Positions 51,521 through 64,000 of a stretch of 64,000 bases of DNA are shown here, one piece after another. The translations under genes were made by a program, and so were the position numbers. Source of the DNA: Octopus vulgaris (taxonomy: Eukaryota); assembly GCA_951406725.2 (NCBI GenBank), contig OX597834.1, positions 7,440,001-7,504,000 on the forward strand. The letters run 5' to 3'. How positions within the stretch are numbered: position 1 is the first letter of the stretch; each line of letters starts with the position of its first letter. Under the pieces are notes generated by a model that was given only the letters and a program-made list of their open reading frames with translations, made no database searches and had not been told where the DNA came from.

Positions 51521-52194
51521 CACCTAGTGAGATTCAGCGCTGTAAAACCTATATTCTATATCTTGCCGGAGTGGCTGAAAATTGATATTATTTAAGGGAC
51601 AAAATGCTACTGTAATTTTGATGTTTTGTTTCAGGAGTTTAAAGAAAATTTACCCTCATGTGTGCAGTACGGAAGATATCCATTTGGGTGATAGCTATGT
51701 GCAGAATACTCTCTGTGTCTGAATAAATGTACATAGGTGTACATGAGAATAGGTATAGCCACTAATAAATGTACAAATACTAATTAATTACCAATAAATT
51801 AATTTATGCAAGTACATACACTCGCATAAATATAAAGGTAACGTAACCTTGATGTCTTAAACCATACAAAGGTAGTATAGCAAGTAGATAAATGAGGGAA
51901 TGTGTTAACTAGACTTTGCATGCGTTTTGTTTTTATAAATATTAATTTTAAGACCTTGGATATTTTTAATGTAACATTCAGACTTAATAAGAAAAATTTC
52001 AATCGCATACTAAACATGTTTCAATACTATATATGGCGATAAATTAAACAACTTTCCGTATATTCTTTGAACTCTAGTTCATGACTGGTGCAAGACTTTG
52101 CAATAAAGTATCATTTCAGATGTAATGGGCGTGTACGGATGAAAATATGCATGTATATATACATATATATATATATGTATTACTAATACAATTG

Positions 52195-52305
52195 TTGAAA
52201 CGTAAAAGACTTCTTCTAGTTCTATTCATGAGCGCCATACTAATACAATTGTTTGTTTGTACTCCGCCTGTCTTCGTCTTTTGTTTATTTTCGTAAACCC
52301 CCCCG
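52195..52305 (+). mobile_element. Short (TA)n-embedded repeat, probable Penelope-like terminus fragment
   Basis: Reverse-complement homologue of 61372-61480. Confidence 0.6.
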
Positions 52306-52371
<66 letters not shown>

Positions 52372-52609
52372 ATATATATAGTTTTAAAATAAGATAAAAT
52401 CTTCATAAGAATTTATCAATAGCATGAAAAACCTCATCAGAGAAAAAACCATCAATTTTTTTTCACTGAAATATATTTATTTATATTATATATATTATTT
52501 ATATTATATGCCCTCTACACGATATAAATATGTATATGTGTGTATGTGTGTGTGTATGTGTGTATACATGTGTGTGTATATGTATATATATTCTCTTTTA
52601 TACTTTTAT

Positions 52610-53034
52610 TCTTTTATTTGTTTCAGTCATTTAAGTGCAGCCAAGCTGGAGCACCAGATTAAAGGGTTTTAGTCGAAGAAATCGACACCGATACTTATTC
52701 CTTGTAAGTCTAGCACTTATCCTATTTGCCTCTTTGGCCGAACCACTAAGTTACGGGGACATAAACATACCAGCATCGGTTGTCAAACGATGACGGGCGG
52801 GACAAACACAGGCACACATACATACATACATACATACATACATACATACATACATACATACATACATACATACACACATACATACATACATACACACATA
52901 TATCCACTAACAAGGCTTTTGTCAGGCCGACGTTTTAGTAGAAGACATTTGTCCAAGATGCCAGGCAGTGGGACTGAACGTGGAAACATGTGGTTGAGAA
53001 GTAAGCTTCTTACCACAGAGCCACGCCTGCTCCT
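52610..53034 (-). mobile_element. SINE family B, diverged
   Basis: Homologous to family B; internal (CATA)n. Confidence 0.85.
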
Positions 53035-53070
53035 ATATATACACATACATCCATAACACATACGTACATA

Positions 53071-53137
<67 letters not shown>

Positions 53138-53150
53138 TCATACATACATG

Positions 53151-53246
<96 letters not shown>

Positions 53247-55418
53247 AACATGACGCATAGGCATCTCTTATTTTCACTGAAACCATTAGTTATAACAGAC
53301 ATTGGTTAACTAATCGTAGGAACTGTACTATAAAGGCCACGGTGAATGTTACTCTATCGTTGATGAAAATAACAAAACGACAGATAAAATTTCTTCCCTG
53401 TTAGACATTAATACTGGAAAATTTATTAAAAAATCTCTTACAACATTATATGAATTCTAATGAACTTTGCCCACTTTATCGGGAATACAAATAATAAGAA
53501 TATAATCAAGAAAGTTTCAGTCTCCACAGAATAAAGGAATAAAATTATCCCTTTTAAAACAAATGCCGAATCATCGGCGACATGACAAGAAATTTGTTGT
53601 TTTTATAAGAATTGGGCAAATGTAAGTTGATTACACACGAGTAAGTGTAAGCCTATCTAGAGCCAATTCAACAACGATAGACAGAAGATATACAATGACC
53701 CCTTTTTATTAAACGCTTGAAATTAACTGGAACTTTATATAAATATGAATCTAAATTACGAAATAATAGTTTGTGCACTGTAAATTATACTGGGCCGGCA
53801 TTTGATACATGGAAAACGCAAAAGGTATATCATACCCGCAACAAATATGGTCCGTCGACAAGAGAAAGGAGTTGTTGTCAAGTTGTAGATACCAGAGGAA
53901 ATTCATATTTAAAGGCTGGTTAGAACTAAAAACAGTGGAAATACCTGATGGCATAAAATGCGGCGAAAGTAATAATTAAGTGGCATCAGATATAACCATT
54001 CAACATCAAAGAATATTACGAATAAACCTTTTATTGATTTGTGCTATAATATAAAAGTACGGCAACTTAACAACCGAGGAATATACAAAATAAATACCCT
54101 TGGTAAGCTTATAATGTATCAATATAGGAAGTAGAAGCAACAAGTTAAAAGTTAGTATAAAAAACTAATGGATATTCTAAATAATTTAGCGTCTGAAGAA
54201 ACAAAATGATATCTGACAGAAGAACTTCATCAAAATAGGATATAAATGACGTAATCAACAGTCAGCTACTAGTAATTTAGTAACCAACCAATGAATAAGC
54301 GCTGAGCAAATTATTGATTCCAGCGAACAAGTCATAGCTTAGTAAAGTAGGATGGTATTACGCATTGACTAAGGAAAGACGTGATGGCAGCGAGTTGTTC
54401 AATAGTGGACAATATAATTTTAGAATAACTTGGATGGTGTGTGAAAACTATTATCCAAATAAACACCAGCAAAGGCGGCCAGTTAAAAGGAATATTATAA
54501 AAACAATCAAACAAACCCATCTTTGTCGACATCAGATAAAATATAATTATCTGATATTATATAATTAATCCTGAAAGATATTTCACAAGATGAGAATAAT
54601 AATGATGACAAACAAATAACGAACTCTAGTGAAACAGGATATAACTTAGAAAAAATAAATGTCTGGGGGAACTGGTTCGTCATCAGAAATATATCGCTGT
54701 GTAATTTCAGAAATAACACCAAGAAAAGGATTTGAAAACCTAACCACTCGTAAGCAATGAGTTTTTCGCAATTTTACAAACATTATGCAGTTCTAAACCG
54801 AAAATTATATTATAGCATTTCTTTATTTTATGTGTTTATTTAAATATCTTTGATATAATAGTAATATTTATAGAAGCAAATTATTATTTTTCCGCCATGG
54901 TCAACTTTACCTTTCATCCTTTTGGGGGTCGATAAATTAAGTACTAATTGCGTACTTGGGTCGATCTAATTGACTGGCACCCTCACCCAAAATCTCGAGC
55001 CTTGTACCTAGAGTAGAACCCCCCACCCAAATGCATAATTTCTGTCAGTTGTATTTCAAATATAGCAGATACCACCCTGAAGAAATCCAAAGGCATACCG
55101 ACCAGTTTTGCCAGGATACCAGATGATTTAGTCGCAGAGCCGTTGATAAAGTTAAGTGATAGATCTCTGGGAATAATGATAAAAGCAACAAAATTTGCCA
55201 GTGATTTGGGGGGCGTCATATTAATGCAAAAAGAGATAATGATGACTATTTCTAAAAGTGAGAACTCCTTCCACTAGAACTTTGTAGGATGCGTCCGTTG
55301 GCATGGTATTGCATTGAACAACGGGGTGAGGATGATGACGGACAAAGAGGGTCTTTGCAGGATATGAGCTCTGAACGTAAAGAGGCCAAAACGTATACGA
55401 CACAGTATTTGTTTAAAC

Positions 55419-55591
55419 CCGGGGTGGGGGAAAACCCTTTCTGAAGGGGAAAATAGCGCCTGCGAGCCCATTTTATTGCGACTGCAAGCTGATATATTCG
55501 CATGTGCAAAATATAGTGAATTTTTCAATTATAAAAGACCTTTTTCTATGGAAAGTTTTGCCGGCCGCACTAAGAAGTTTCCCCACCCCTG
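55419..55591. mobile_element. hAT-type MITE, 173 bp
   Basis: TIRs CCGGGGTGGGGGAAA / TTTCCCCACCCCTG and a perfect 8-bp TSD GTTTAAAC (55411-55418, 55592-55599). Confidence 0.85.
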
Positions 55592-55634
55592 GTTTAAACG
55601 AATTAGTCAATTAGTCACCGAAACAACAACAGAG

Positions 55635-55835
55635 TGGAAGCGCAATGGCCCAGTGGTTAGAGTAGCGGACTCGCGGTCGTAAGAACGCGGTTTCGATTCC
55701 CAGACCTGGCATCGTGAGCAAAAACCGGGTATTATTAAGCAAAAACACCTAAACTCCATGAGGCTCCGGTGGGTGTGTGTGTAAACCTCGCTGTACTCTT
55801 TCACCACAACTTTCTCTCACTCTTTATTCATACTT
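55635..55835 (+). mobile_element. SINE family A, diverged 5' half
   Basis: Head and body homologous to family A, followed by unrelated sequence up to the (GAA)n tract. Confidence 0.8.
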
Positions 55836-56120
55836 CTGTCACAAAGCAGAGGAACCATTGTGTAATCCACTATGGTGTGGTAAACTTTCAGACCCTTGTC
55901 TAGATTGCAAATCCTCTGTACCCCAGGATGGTTCAACTCTCCACCCGTTAAAAGTCACCGTTTACGGGATGAGGATAACAACGTAGCTTTTGAGCCTGTG
56001 CAACCGTCAGTCGATCGCGTGTTGTGGCTGGATCTTCAAGTTTCCACACGCATTCTTAGTAGGTTAGAGTAGTCTTGAATTAGAGATTATTCTTTGTGAC
56101 TAATGGCGTGAGTCCTGATT

Positions 56121-56540
56121 GGAAGAAGTAGAAGAAGAAGAAGAAGAAGAAGAAGAAGAAGAAGAAGAAGAAGAAGAAGAAGAAGAAGAAGAAGAAGAAG
56201 AAGAAGAAGAAGAAGGAGGAGGAGGAGGAGGAGGAAGAGGAGAAGAAGAAGAAGAAGAAGAAGAAGAAGAAGAAGAAGAAGAAGAAGGAGGAGGAGGAGG
56301 AGGAGAAGAATAAGAAGAAGGAGAAGAAGGAGAAGAAAAAAGAAGAAGAAGAAGAAGAAGAAGAAGAAGAAAAAAAAAGAAGGAGAAGGAGAAGAAGCAG
56401 AAGAAAAAGAAGAAGAAGAAGAAGAAGAAGAAGAAGAAGAAGAAAAAGAAAAAAAAGAAGAAGAAGGAGAAGAAGAAGAAGAAGAAGAAGAAGAAGAAGA
56501 AGAAGAAGAAGAAGAAGAAGAAGAAGAAGAAGAAAACAAG
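56121..56540. repeat. (GAA)n/(GGA)n polypurine tract
   Basis: Seen directly in the sequence. Confidence 0.97.
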
Positions 56541-57949
56541 AAATGGGAATGAGAATGAAAATGAAAGGGAAAAAGAAAGGGGAAGTGGAAGAAGGGGAAT
56601 AATTAGAAAGGAAAAACGAAGTAAAAAAAAGAAGAGAATATAGAACAAAATAAAAAAAAGAGAGACCGAAGAGGAAGCGAAGATAAATAAGAAGATAATG
56701 TGAATAGAGAGAGAGTAAATTAGTGAAACGTTTTTTGGTAAGCGTATCATGGATAATAAAGCATTCTTCGCTGAATAATCTGTCTGTGCATGGACAGAGG
56801 ATTAATACTGATTTAGAGATTGTTAAAAATTTACATATTTAAAAGTAAAATGAATCTCTTTCCCCTTTCTCTACTATTTTATTTCTCCTCCTTTAATTAG
56901 AAATACATAAATGTTTTGTAGATGGAGAAATTCAATTGTAACAGTGTCTGTCTGTTTATATTTCTTGTATGTCTATTGTTGTAACATTTGTTGTTATTAT
57001 GAATGTTTTATTTGTTGTTGGTGTTGTGGCAATTTTATCTTTATTAATCAAAACAAAACACAGTCGTTATATTATTCTACGTCTCATGCCTATTTATATT
57101 ATATCGATATGTTTATTACGTCTGTTGTTTATTTACTTGTAATTTTAATTTGTGCTAATCTTAAGACGAATATATAAATAGCTAAGTGTATATAAACTGA
57201 ATTGATAATCATTTGAATAGCCAATGCTTGTAGTATATTAATTACTGTGTACATTCGTACAAGCCAAAAAGCTGTCTCGATCGTACAGGTTCATTACACC
57301 GGAGGTCATTTCAGGTTCCTAAACGGCTAATCGACCGAAATTCTTAGACACCACACTGAATACGTTACCAGTTTTTCACACGTTTAACCTGTGACTTTTG
57401 TTGCTCCTCATTCTCAATAAAATTGACTTAAGTAATGCGAAATGAAATAACTCACCCCTAAGACTCAACACTTCTATCTATCAGAAAATCTGCCCCATGA
57501 CTTAATGAGGGTAAGGCTAACACAACCTATTATGCACTTACCTTTTCATGGGGTGTATATTTTAATATAGTTGTTTAGCCTATACGATTGTTGGGTGTAA
57601 AATCCTGTTCGAAACATAAAGAGCTATGTCATCCATAGCTAAAGGGTGTTGGTGTATTTTCACTTAGAGTAGGATGGAGCAAAATAAAGCTAACGAAAAT
57701 TATATTTGCTGTGAGAAAAATACCATATAAGTCAATGAATGCTAATAGTTTCTAATTCAGGTTCAAGGCCCTGAAGTTTCGGTTGGGGGAATAATTCAAA
57801 GCCGCCACACACAATACTTAACTGCTATTCCATTTCATCGAGCCTAAGTGGATGAAAGTCAATATTGACCACAGCGGTATTTGAACTCAAAACGTAAGGA
57901 ACAATTGTCAAAATCCTACCAATGCATCAACCTCTGATCAGTCGTAAAT

Positions 57950-58715
57950 CCCTTCTACTATAGACACAAGGGCCTGAAATTTTAGGGGAGGAGGACAGTC
58001 GATTAGATCGATTCCAGTACGCAACTGGTACTTAATTTAATCGACCCCGAAAGGTTTAAAGGCGAAGTTGGCCTCGGTGGAATTTGAACTTAGAATGTAG
58101 CAACGGGCAAAATACCGATTTTTTTACTACCCACAAGGAGATAAGCATAGAGAGGACTTAGAAGGACAGACAAACGGATTAAGTCGATTATATCGACCCC
58201 AGTGCGTAACTGGTACTTATTTAATCAACCCGGAAAGGATGAAAGGCAAAGTCGACCTCGGCGGAATTTGAACTCAGCACGTAGTGACGGGCGAAATACC
58301 GATTTCTTCACTACCCACAAGGGGCTAAACATAGAGAGGTCAAAGAAGGACAGACAAACAGATTAAATCGATTATATCGACCCCAGTGCGTAACTGGTAC
58401 TTTTTCAATCGACTCCGAAAGGATGAAAGGCGAAGTCGACCTTGGCGGAATTTGAACTCAGAACGTAGCGGCTGACGAAATACCTATTTCTTTGCTACCC
58501 ACAAGGGGCTAAACACAGAGAGGACAAACAAGGACAGACAAAGGGATTAAGTCGATTATATCGACCCTAGTGCGTAACTGGTACTTATGTTGTCGACTCC
58601 GAAAGGATGAAAGGCAAAGTGACCTCGGCGTAATGTGAACTCAGAACGTAGCGGCAGACGAAATACCGCTAAACATTTCGTACAACGTGCTAATGATTCT
58701 ACCTATTCGCCACCT
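57950..58715 (-). mobile_element. SINE family C, head plus 4 bodies
   Basis: Four core copies and one head at about 58660-58715; the terminal unit has the alternative tail; an older C remnant lies at about 57750-57930. Confidence 0.92.
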
Positions 58716-59327
58716 TCTAAGTAGCCATTAATAATGGTGGTAGTATTTTACCTCCATATTTGGGAGATAGATGCGGTATAATGCGGTAGGGTGCACATAG
58801 ATTTCATATTAATAAGCATAGAGTAGCAAAATTAATTAGAAATTAAATAAGACAATATAAGTATTTATTCAATGTTTATCATGCAGACTAATAACCTAGC
58901 ATCAATAGGTCAGAACCTTAATTATTTCCGACATGACAGTTAACTAATCTATAACTATTTGCAGTAAACTATTTTTATGTAACGTTTAGTTTGTTCATAG
59001 GTTACATTCTCTAGTTCGTTATTTCATATATTTTGTGTGTTGCAGGATAAGGAGTCTCTTTCTCTCTTAGTAGTACTCGTTGTTTAGGTTTCTTCGTTGT
59101 AGAGAATTAAACTAAGCCTTCTTTGTTTATATTGTTTTAGTTTTATGTTAAGGATTACATGGATTATATGGATTATATATTGGATTCTGTTCAATGTTTT
59201 AACAGGTTATCAGCACCGGTTCATCGGAAATTCAGTGATATCGGGAATCTATTGTGCTAGCGTATATATTAAAGAGCATTTGTGACACACACACATATAC
59301 ATACATGCATATACATACATGCATACA

Positions 59328-59363
<36 letters not shown>

Positions 59364-59367
59364 TACA

Positions 59368-59441
<74 letters not shown>

Positions 59442-59827
59442 TTCTCTATAAATACAGTGTACATTTAAACACATAAGAGGCATCAGCGATAGACTTCGCC
59501 TCGCAAATTATTTTATTTGGTAAAAAAAATCTGAAACCATTGGTCCAGGAGTTAGATGGTAAATGTCTTTATTTTTCATTCTCTGCGAAATGTTATCCCT
59601 AATAGTGGTTTGGAATTTAACTGTTCTCTCTAGCGTGCAAGGAGTCCTATCATGGATGTCTCTTATGTGTTTAAATGTGCACTGTATTTATGTGAATAAT
59701 AATATATAGTCTATTGACAAAAAGTTTACAAGCTAAGCCACTGGTAATGGAAATTTCAAATATATCTGATTACCCTTTGATATTATTAATTATATGTAGG
59801 TTCTATATATATTGTAAGGATATGTGT

Positions 59828-60186
59828 GGAAGCACTCCGTCGGTTACGACGATGAGGGTTCCGGTTGATCCGAATCAACAGAACAGCTTGCTCGTGAAAT
59901 TAACGTGTAAGTGGCTGAGCACTCCACAGACACGTGTACCCTTAACGTAGTTCTCGGTGATATTCAGCGTGACACAGAGAGTGACAAGGCCGGCCCCTTG
60001 AAATACAGGTACAACAGAAACAGGAAGTAAGAGTGAGAGAAAGTTGTGGTGAAAGAGTACAGCAGGGATCACCACCACCCCCTGCCGCAGCCTCGTGGAG
60101 CTTTAGGTGTTTTCGCTCAATAAACACTCACAACGCCCGGTCTGGGAATCGAAACCGCGATCCTATGACCGCGAGTCCGCTGCCCT
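59828..60186 (-). mobile_element. SINE family A, tail 1, 5'-truncated
   Basis: Homologous to family A; TSD-like AAGGATAT. Confidence 0.92.
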
Positions 60187-60192
60187 ATGCAA

Positions 60193-60251
<59 letters not shown>

Positions 60252-60754
60252 AACAAACCTTTATTTTTTTGTTTTAGAAGCGTCAAATGTGTATCGTATT
60301 TTACAGACGAGGAGGTAGTATTTCAAATGCAGTATAGCCGTGAGAACAGCAGAAAGCTGTTTTAACAACTAAACAGCTACGAGCTTTTCAGATCATCTGA
60401 TCGACGGCACAGCCTGCACGTGAAATTTGCTTACAAGTGGTTGAGCACACCACATATGCGTGTACCGTTAATGCAGGTCTTAGCGAGAATCAGCGTGACA
60501 CAGAATATGATAATCATGGTCATTTGAATTATGATAAAGTACCAGTCAAGAGTGTCAACTGGCTTAGTGGAGACATATATAAACCTACTCTAAACCTGAC
60601 AATTTTTCATATATGTATATGGTGTGACTTTACACAAAGGTGTGGGACGTTCAATTTCCTGTAATCCAGACCGCATCATGGTCCTAGAAGACAAAATGGG
60701 AAAGGCTATGGTGACAGAGATGCGCTGGACCAGTCACTCTTGACTCATGGACAT

Positions 60755-60892
60755 CAACCATTTTTGCCAGTTAGTGGACTGAGGCAATGTGAAATAAATT
60801 CACTTGGTCAGAGCAAAATACGCTGTCAGGAATCGAACTCACGTCTTTACGATCATGAGTCAAGTACCCTAACCACTAAGCTACGTGCATTC
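60755..60892 (-). mobile_element. SINE family E, diverged 5' part
   Basis: Homologous to 9700-9844. Confidence 0.7.
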
Positions 60893-60999
60893 GCACATAC
60901 ATACACATATATACGCATACATATATATATACATGCATGCATGCATACATACATATATACATACATACACACATATGGGATATGTAACACACTGGCTAA

Positions 61000-61270
61000 A
61001 TACCAATCTTGAAGAATTAGGCTTCCTAAAACCAGAAAGGAGAAGGTAATTCGAAGACTACAGATCACATCCATCATTGGAGCTGTAAAAATCTGTAAAA
61101 CCTTCCAGAAATTTATCATTTAAGCATAAATGACAATGTCTAGATATGCCAGTATATGCATGAGAAGAGATACATTGGGAAAAAAAAGACATGCAAATCT
61201 GCACGTATACATACATACATTCATACGTAAAAAATACCCTGTTGTTGATGGTGAAATTCCTATGAAGGAG
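61000..61270 (+). mobile_element. RLE-type LINE 3' end, another family
   Basis: NLEELGLPKTRKEKVIRRLQITSIIGAVKICKTFQKFII* resembles RLE LINE C-termini; sits in (TACA)n. Confidence 0.5.
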
Positions 61271-61371
61271 GCATGAATCTAGGTTAAAAACCGGTTCCTT
61301 CTCTATTGGCAAGACATTTTGAAATAAATTGAATAATGACATACATACATAAATGCATATATACATATGTA

Positions 61372-61570
61372 TTGGGGAAGTTTACGAAAAAAAAAACAAA
61401 AGACGAAGACATGTGGTGTACAGAACAAACAGATGTATTAGTATAACGCTCAGGAATAGAAAAAGTCTTTTACGTTTCGAACCTACGCTCTTCTACAGAA
61501 AGGTACACAGAAAAAACAAGGAGAGAAACAAGGAGAGAAAAAAATGTGTGTAGTGGCTAACGATCTATCA
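61372..61570 (-). mobile_element. Probable Penelope-like terminus with a variant hammerhead-like motif
   Basis: Minus strand reads CTTT-CTGTAGA-A-GAGC gtag GTTC-GAAAC-GTA-AAAG; a second copy lies at 52195. Confidence 0.55.
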
Positions 61571-62072
61571 TATACATATATACATACATACACCTACTTT
61601 CATACGCAAGTTACCTTTCGTTTATGTTCATTTTTTTCCATTGGTGTGATCATATACACGCTGAAGTAATATTTTTAGATCTAAATACTCAAGGGGATAT
61701 ATTTCTTTTTTCACCTTAGAGGTGTTTTCCTCACATTCAATTATCTTTACAGTAATGCAGTCTCCAGCTAAAATCATTTCACATAGAATGCACTAGATTT
61801 ACTTTTTAAATCAATAGCATTGTGTGTGTTTGTATGTAAGAATGTGTGTGCGTATATACATATGTATAAGTATTTTCATATATGTATATATATATATATA
61901 TATAAATATAAATATATATATATATATGTAAATATACATATATTTATACACATATATTAATCACATATATATGTATGTTTATAGTATCAATATTTCTTAA
62001 TGTATGTGTTCTGATATGATTATACATGTACACGTATATATACATACATGCATAAATACATACAGACATATG

Positions 62073-62146
<74 letters not shown>

Positions 62147-63105
62147 GCATGCGCATATATAGGATGCACTAGATTTTCTTTCTCAATCGACGGATGTGTT
62201 TATGGGTGTGTATGAGTGGATAGATGAGTGTGTGTGATTGTGTGCATATATATATGTATACATATGCATATATGTATGTATGTTTATACACACACACAAT
62301 ATATATATATATGTGTGTGTGTCATATATGGACACACACATACGTATACTCATATACAAAATGTATGTGCTGAGGCTTGTTATCGTTTAAATGTGTACAG
62401 TTAAAATTGCTACAGGAGTCCATAACATTCAAAGTGATCATTCTACTTTTATATTTATGTGTTTTAAGTTATTAGATGTACAGATTTAAACTCATAGATT
62501 AGATTTAAAAAATACTTATCTACGCAAAATTTAAGGATAGTTGGGGAGATATTTTTTCATCGCAAATTTAATCTCAGTATAATAGGCTAATTTCCCTTTG
62601 CTATGCATAATCGAGTGCTATCACACATATACGCCCCGCACACAAACACAAACACATATTCACACACACTCATACACACACACATGTACGTTCATATCTA
62701 CACACGCATATATATAAATTTGGAAATAAATACATGATACGTATATGAACTTTTGCCTACATATCTATATGTATCTAAACTGTCCATGCACACATACATA
62801 CATACAAAAATACATACGTACGGAAATCCAAACATATTTATTATATACACACAAATATACGCACATTTATGAATGTTACCTGATGTTTCACGGATGAAGT
62901 ATCATCCTCAGGGTTTCGTTAATGAATTGAATTTAAAGTATTATAAGCCTATAATATTATTTTAAATATACACATGATACCATTTTCAATAACAATACAT
63001 TTTTCACGTCTTAAAATTTCATTTGTGCTTCAATAACTCATTTTGAATGACTAAGCAATACATCGGTAAGGTTTGCACGAAGTCTACTCATTCTCAATGA
63101 TTTTA

Positions 63106-63668
63106 TAAGGTTGGCAACTAAGTTACCGCCGCTTTTTAAAATTTATTTTTTTTAAAGGTTTAATGAAAAATAACAACTAATTAATCAATAATATATTCGC
63201 CCTTGTTGTTTGCAATTTCTTCCCAACGTTCAACAGGATTTTCAATATCTATGACGAGAATTTTCGTGCAAATTTGGTTTAATCGCTCTTCATCTAATTC
63301 TGTTGGACGGCCAGAACGAGGTGCGACTTTGAGGCCAAAATTTTCATTTTTTATCTTGGCGTTCTATTCACGAGCGGGTCTTTCAGCTCTGGCACCCTCT
63401 TCATACACAGCTCAAAAGCCACGAGCAGCTTTTGCGGCCTCAGAACCTTGATTAAAAGCAAAAAGAAGGAGGTGTCAAAAATGCTCATTTTTCTTGACAT
63501 TACATTTTAATTATCTGAAAATAAACAAAAATTAACCAAAGTTAACTAGAAAAAAGTAGATTCCAAAATGATTCAAGAATACAATTCTCGAAAAAAATAA
63601 ATTCCAAAATTGAAAAGCGCAATAAATTCTAAATTTAAAAACCGGTGGGAACTTAGTTGCCAACTCAA
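63106..63668 (-). mobile_element. Internally deleted mariner
   Basis: TIRs GTTGGCAACTAAGTT / AACTTAGTTGCCAAC; minus strand gives HLLLFAFNQGSEAAKAAR..APRSGRPTELDEERL joined to VERWEEIANNKGEYIID*. Confidence 0.9.
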
Positions 63669-63854
63669 TCTATTCTTTTACTTAATACTGTTCTTGAATG
63701 CATATAACTTCAGGCTTGTAAACCTCGCAGAGTGCTGTAAGTTTGTTTATTCTCCAATTTTTATTTAGGGACCTATTGTCGAAAGAAGTTATGTTTATGC
63801 ATTGGTGGCATTTCGATTTTATTTTTCATTTGTGTCGCTCCATCTTTTATAACT

Positions 63855-64000
63855 CGTGGGTTCCAGTTGATCTATTCAACGGAACAGCTTGCTCGGGAAA
63901 TTAACGTGCAAGTGACACGCGCATATTTAACATAGCTCCTAACGTGATTCAGCCTGATACAGAATGTCACACGGCTGGCTCCTTGTAATTATTGGCACAA
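63855..64000 (-). mobile_element. Old SINE A tail-1 fragment running off the window end
   Basis: TCAACGGAACAGCTTGCTCGGGAAATTAACGTG; a similar old fragment lies at 60385-60545. Confidence 0.7.

Noticed and set aside
57950-58715. SINE C arrays as CRISPR or attC-like cassettes
   Set aside because: The whole 184-bp unit repeats, with no variable spacer or cassette.

Overview
AT-rich, repeat-saturated eukaryotic DNA. The SINE families and the dense (TA)n/(TAA)n/(CTT)n microsatellites suggest an octopus or other coleoid cephalopod; this is an inference. I can support no intact protein-coding gene, rRNA, true tRNA or CRISPR array, and nearly all ORFs in the track are microsatellite or SINE read-through. 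The window contains: (i) many copies of about four tRNA-derived SINE-like families, labelled A, B, C and E here; (ii) decayed R4/Dong-type (RLE) LINE pieces stacked in TAA tracts; (iii) a decayed Penelope-like element with RT and GIY-YIG remnants; (iv) three non-autonomous Helitrons, two mariner relics, and hAT-type MITEs, one of which carries a higher-order minisatellite; (v) two or three candidate host exons on the minus strand. The most notable signals are long palindromes carrying back-to-back hammerhead-ribozyme motifs (best at 13272-13399), a SINE that recurs as one head plus n 184-bp bodies, and a SINE head that is found with several different 3' tails. Coordinates were read by eye and may be off by a few bases.
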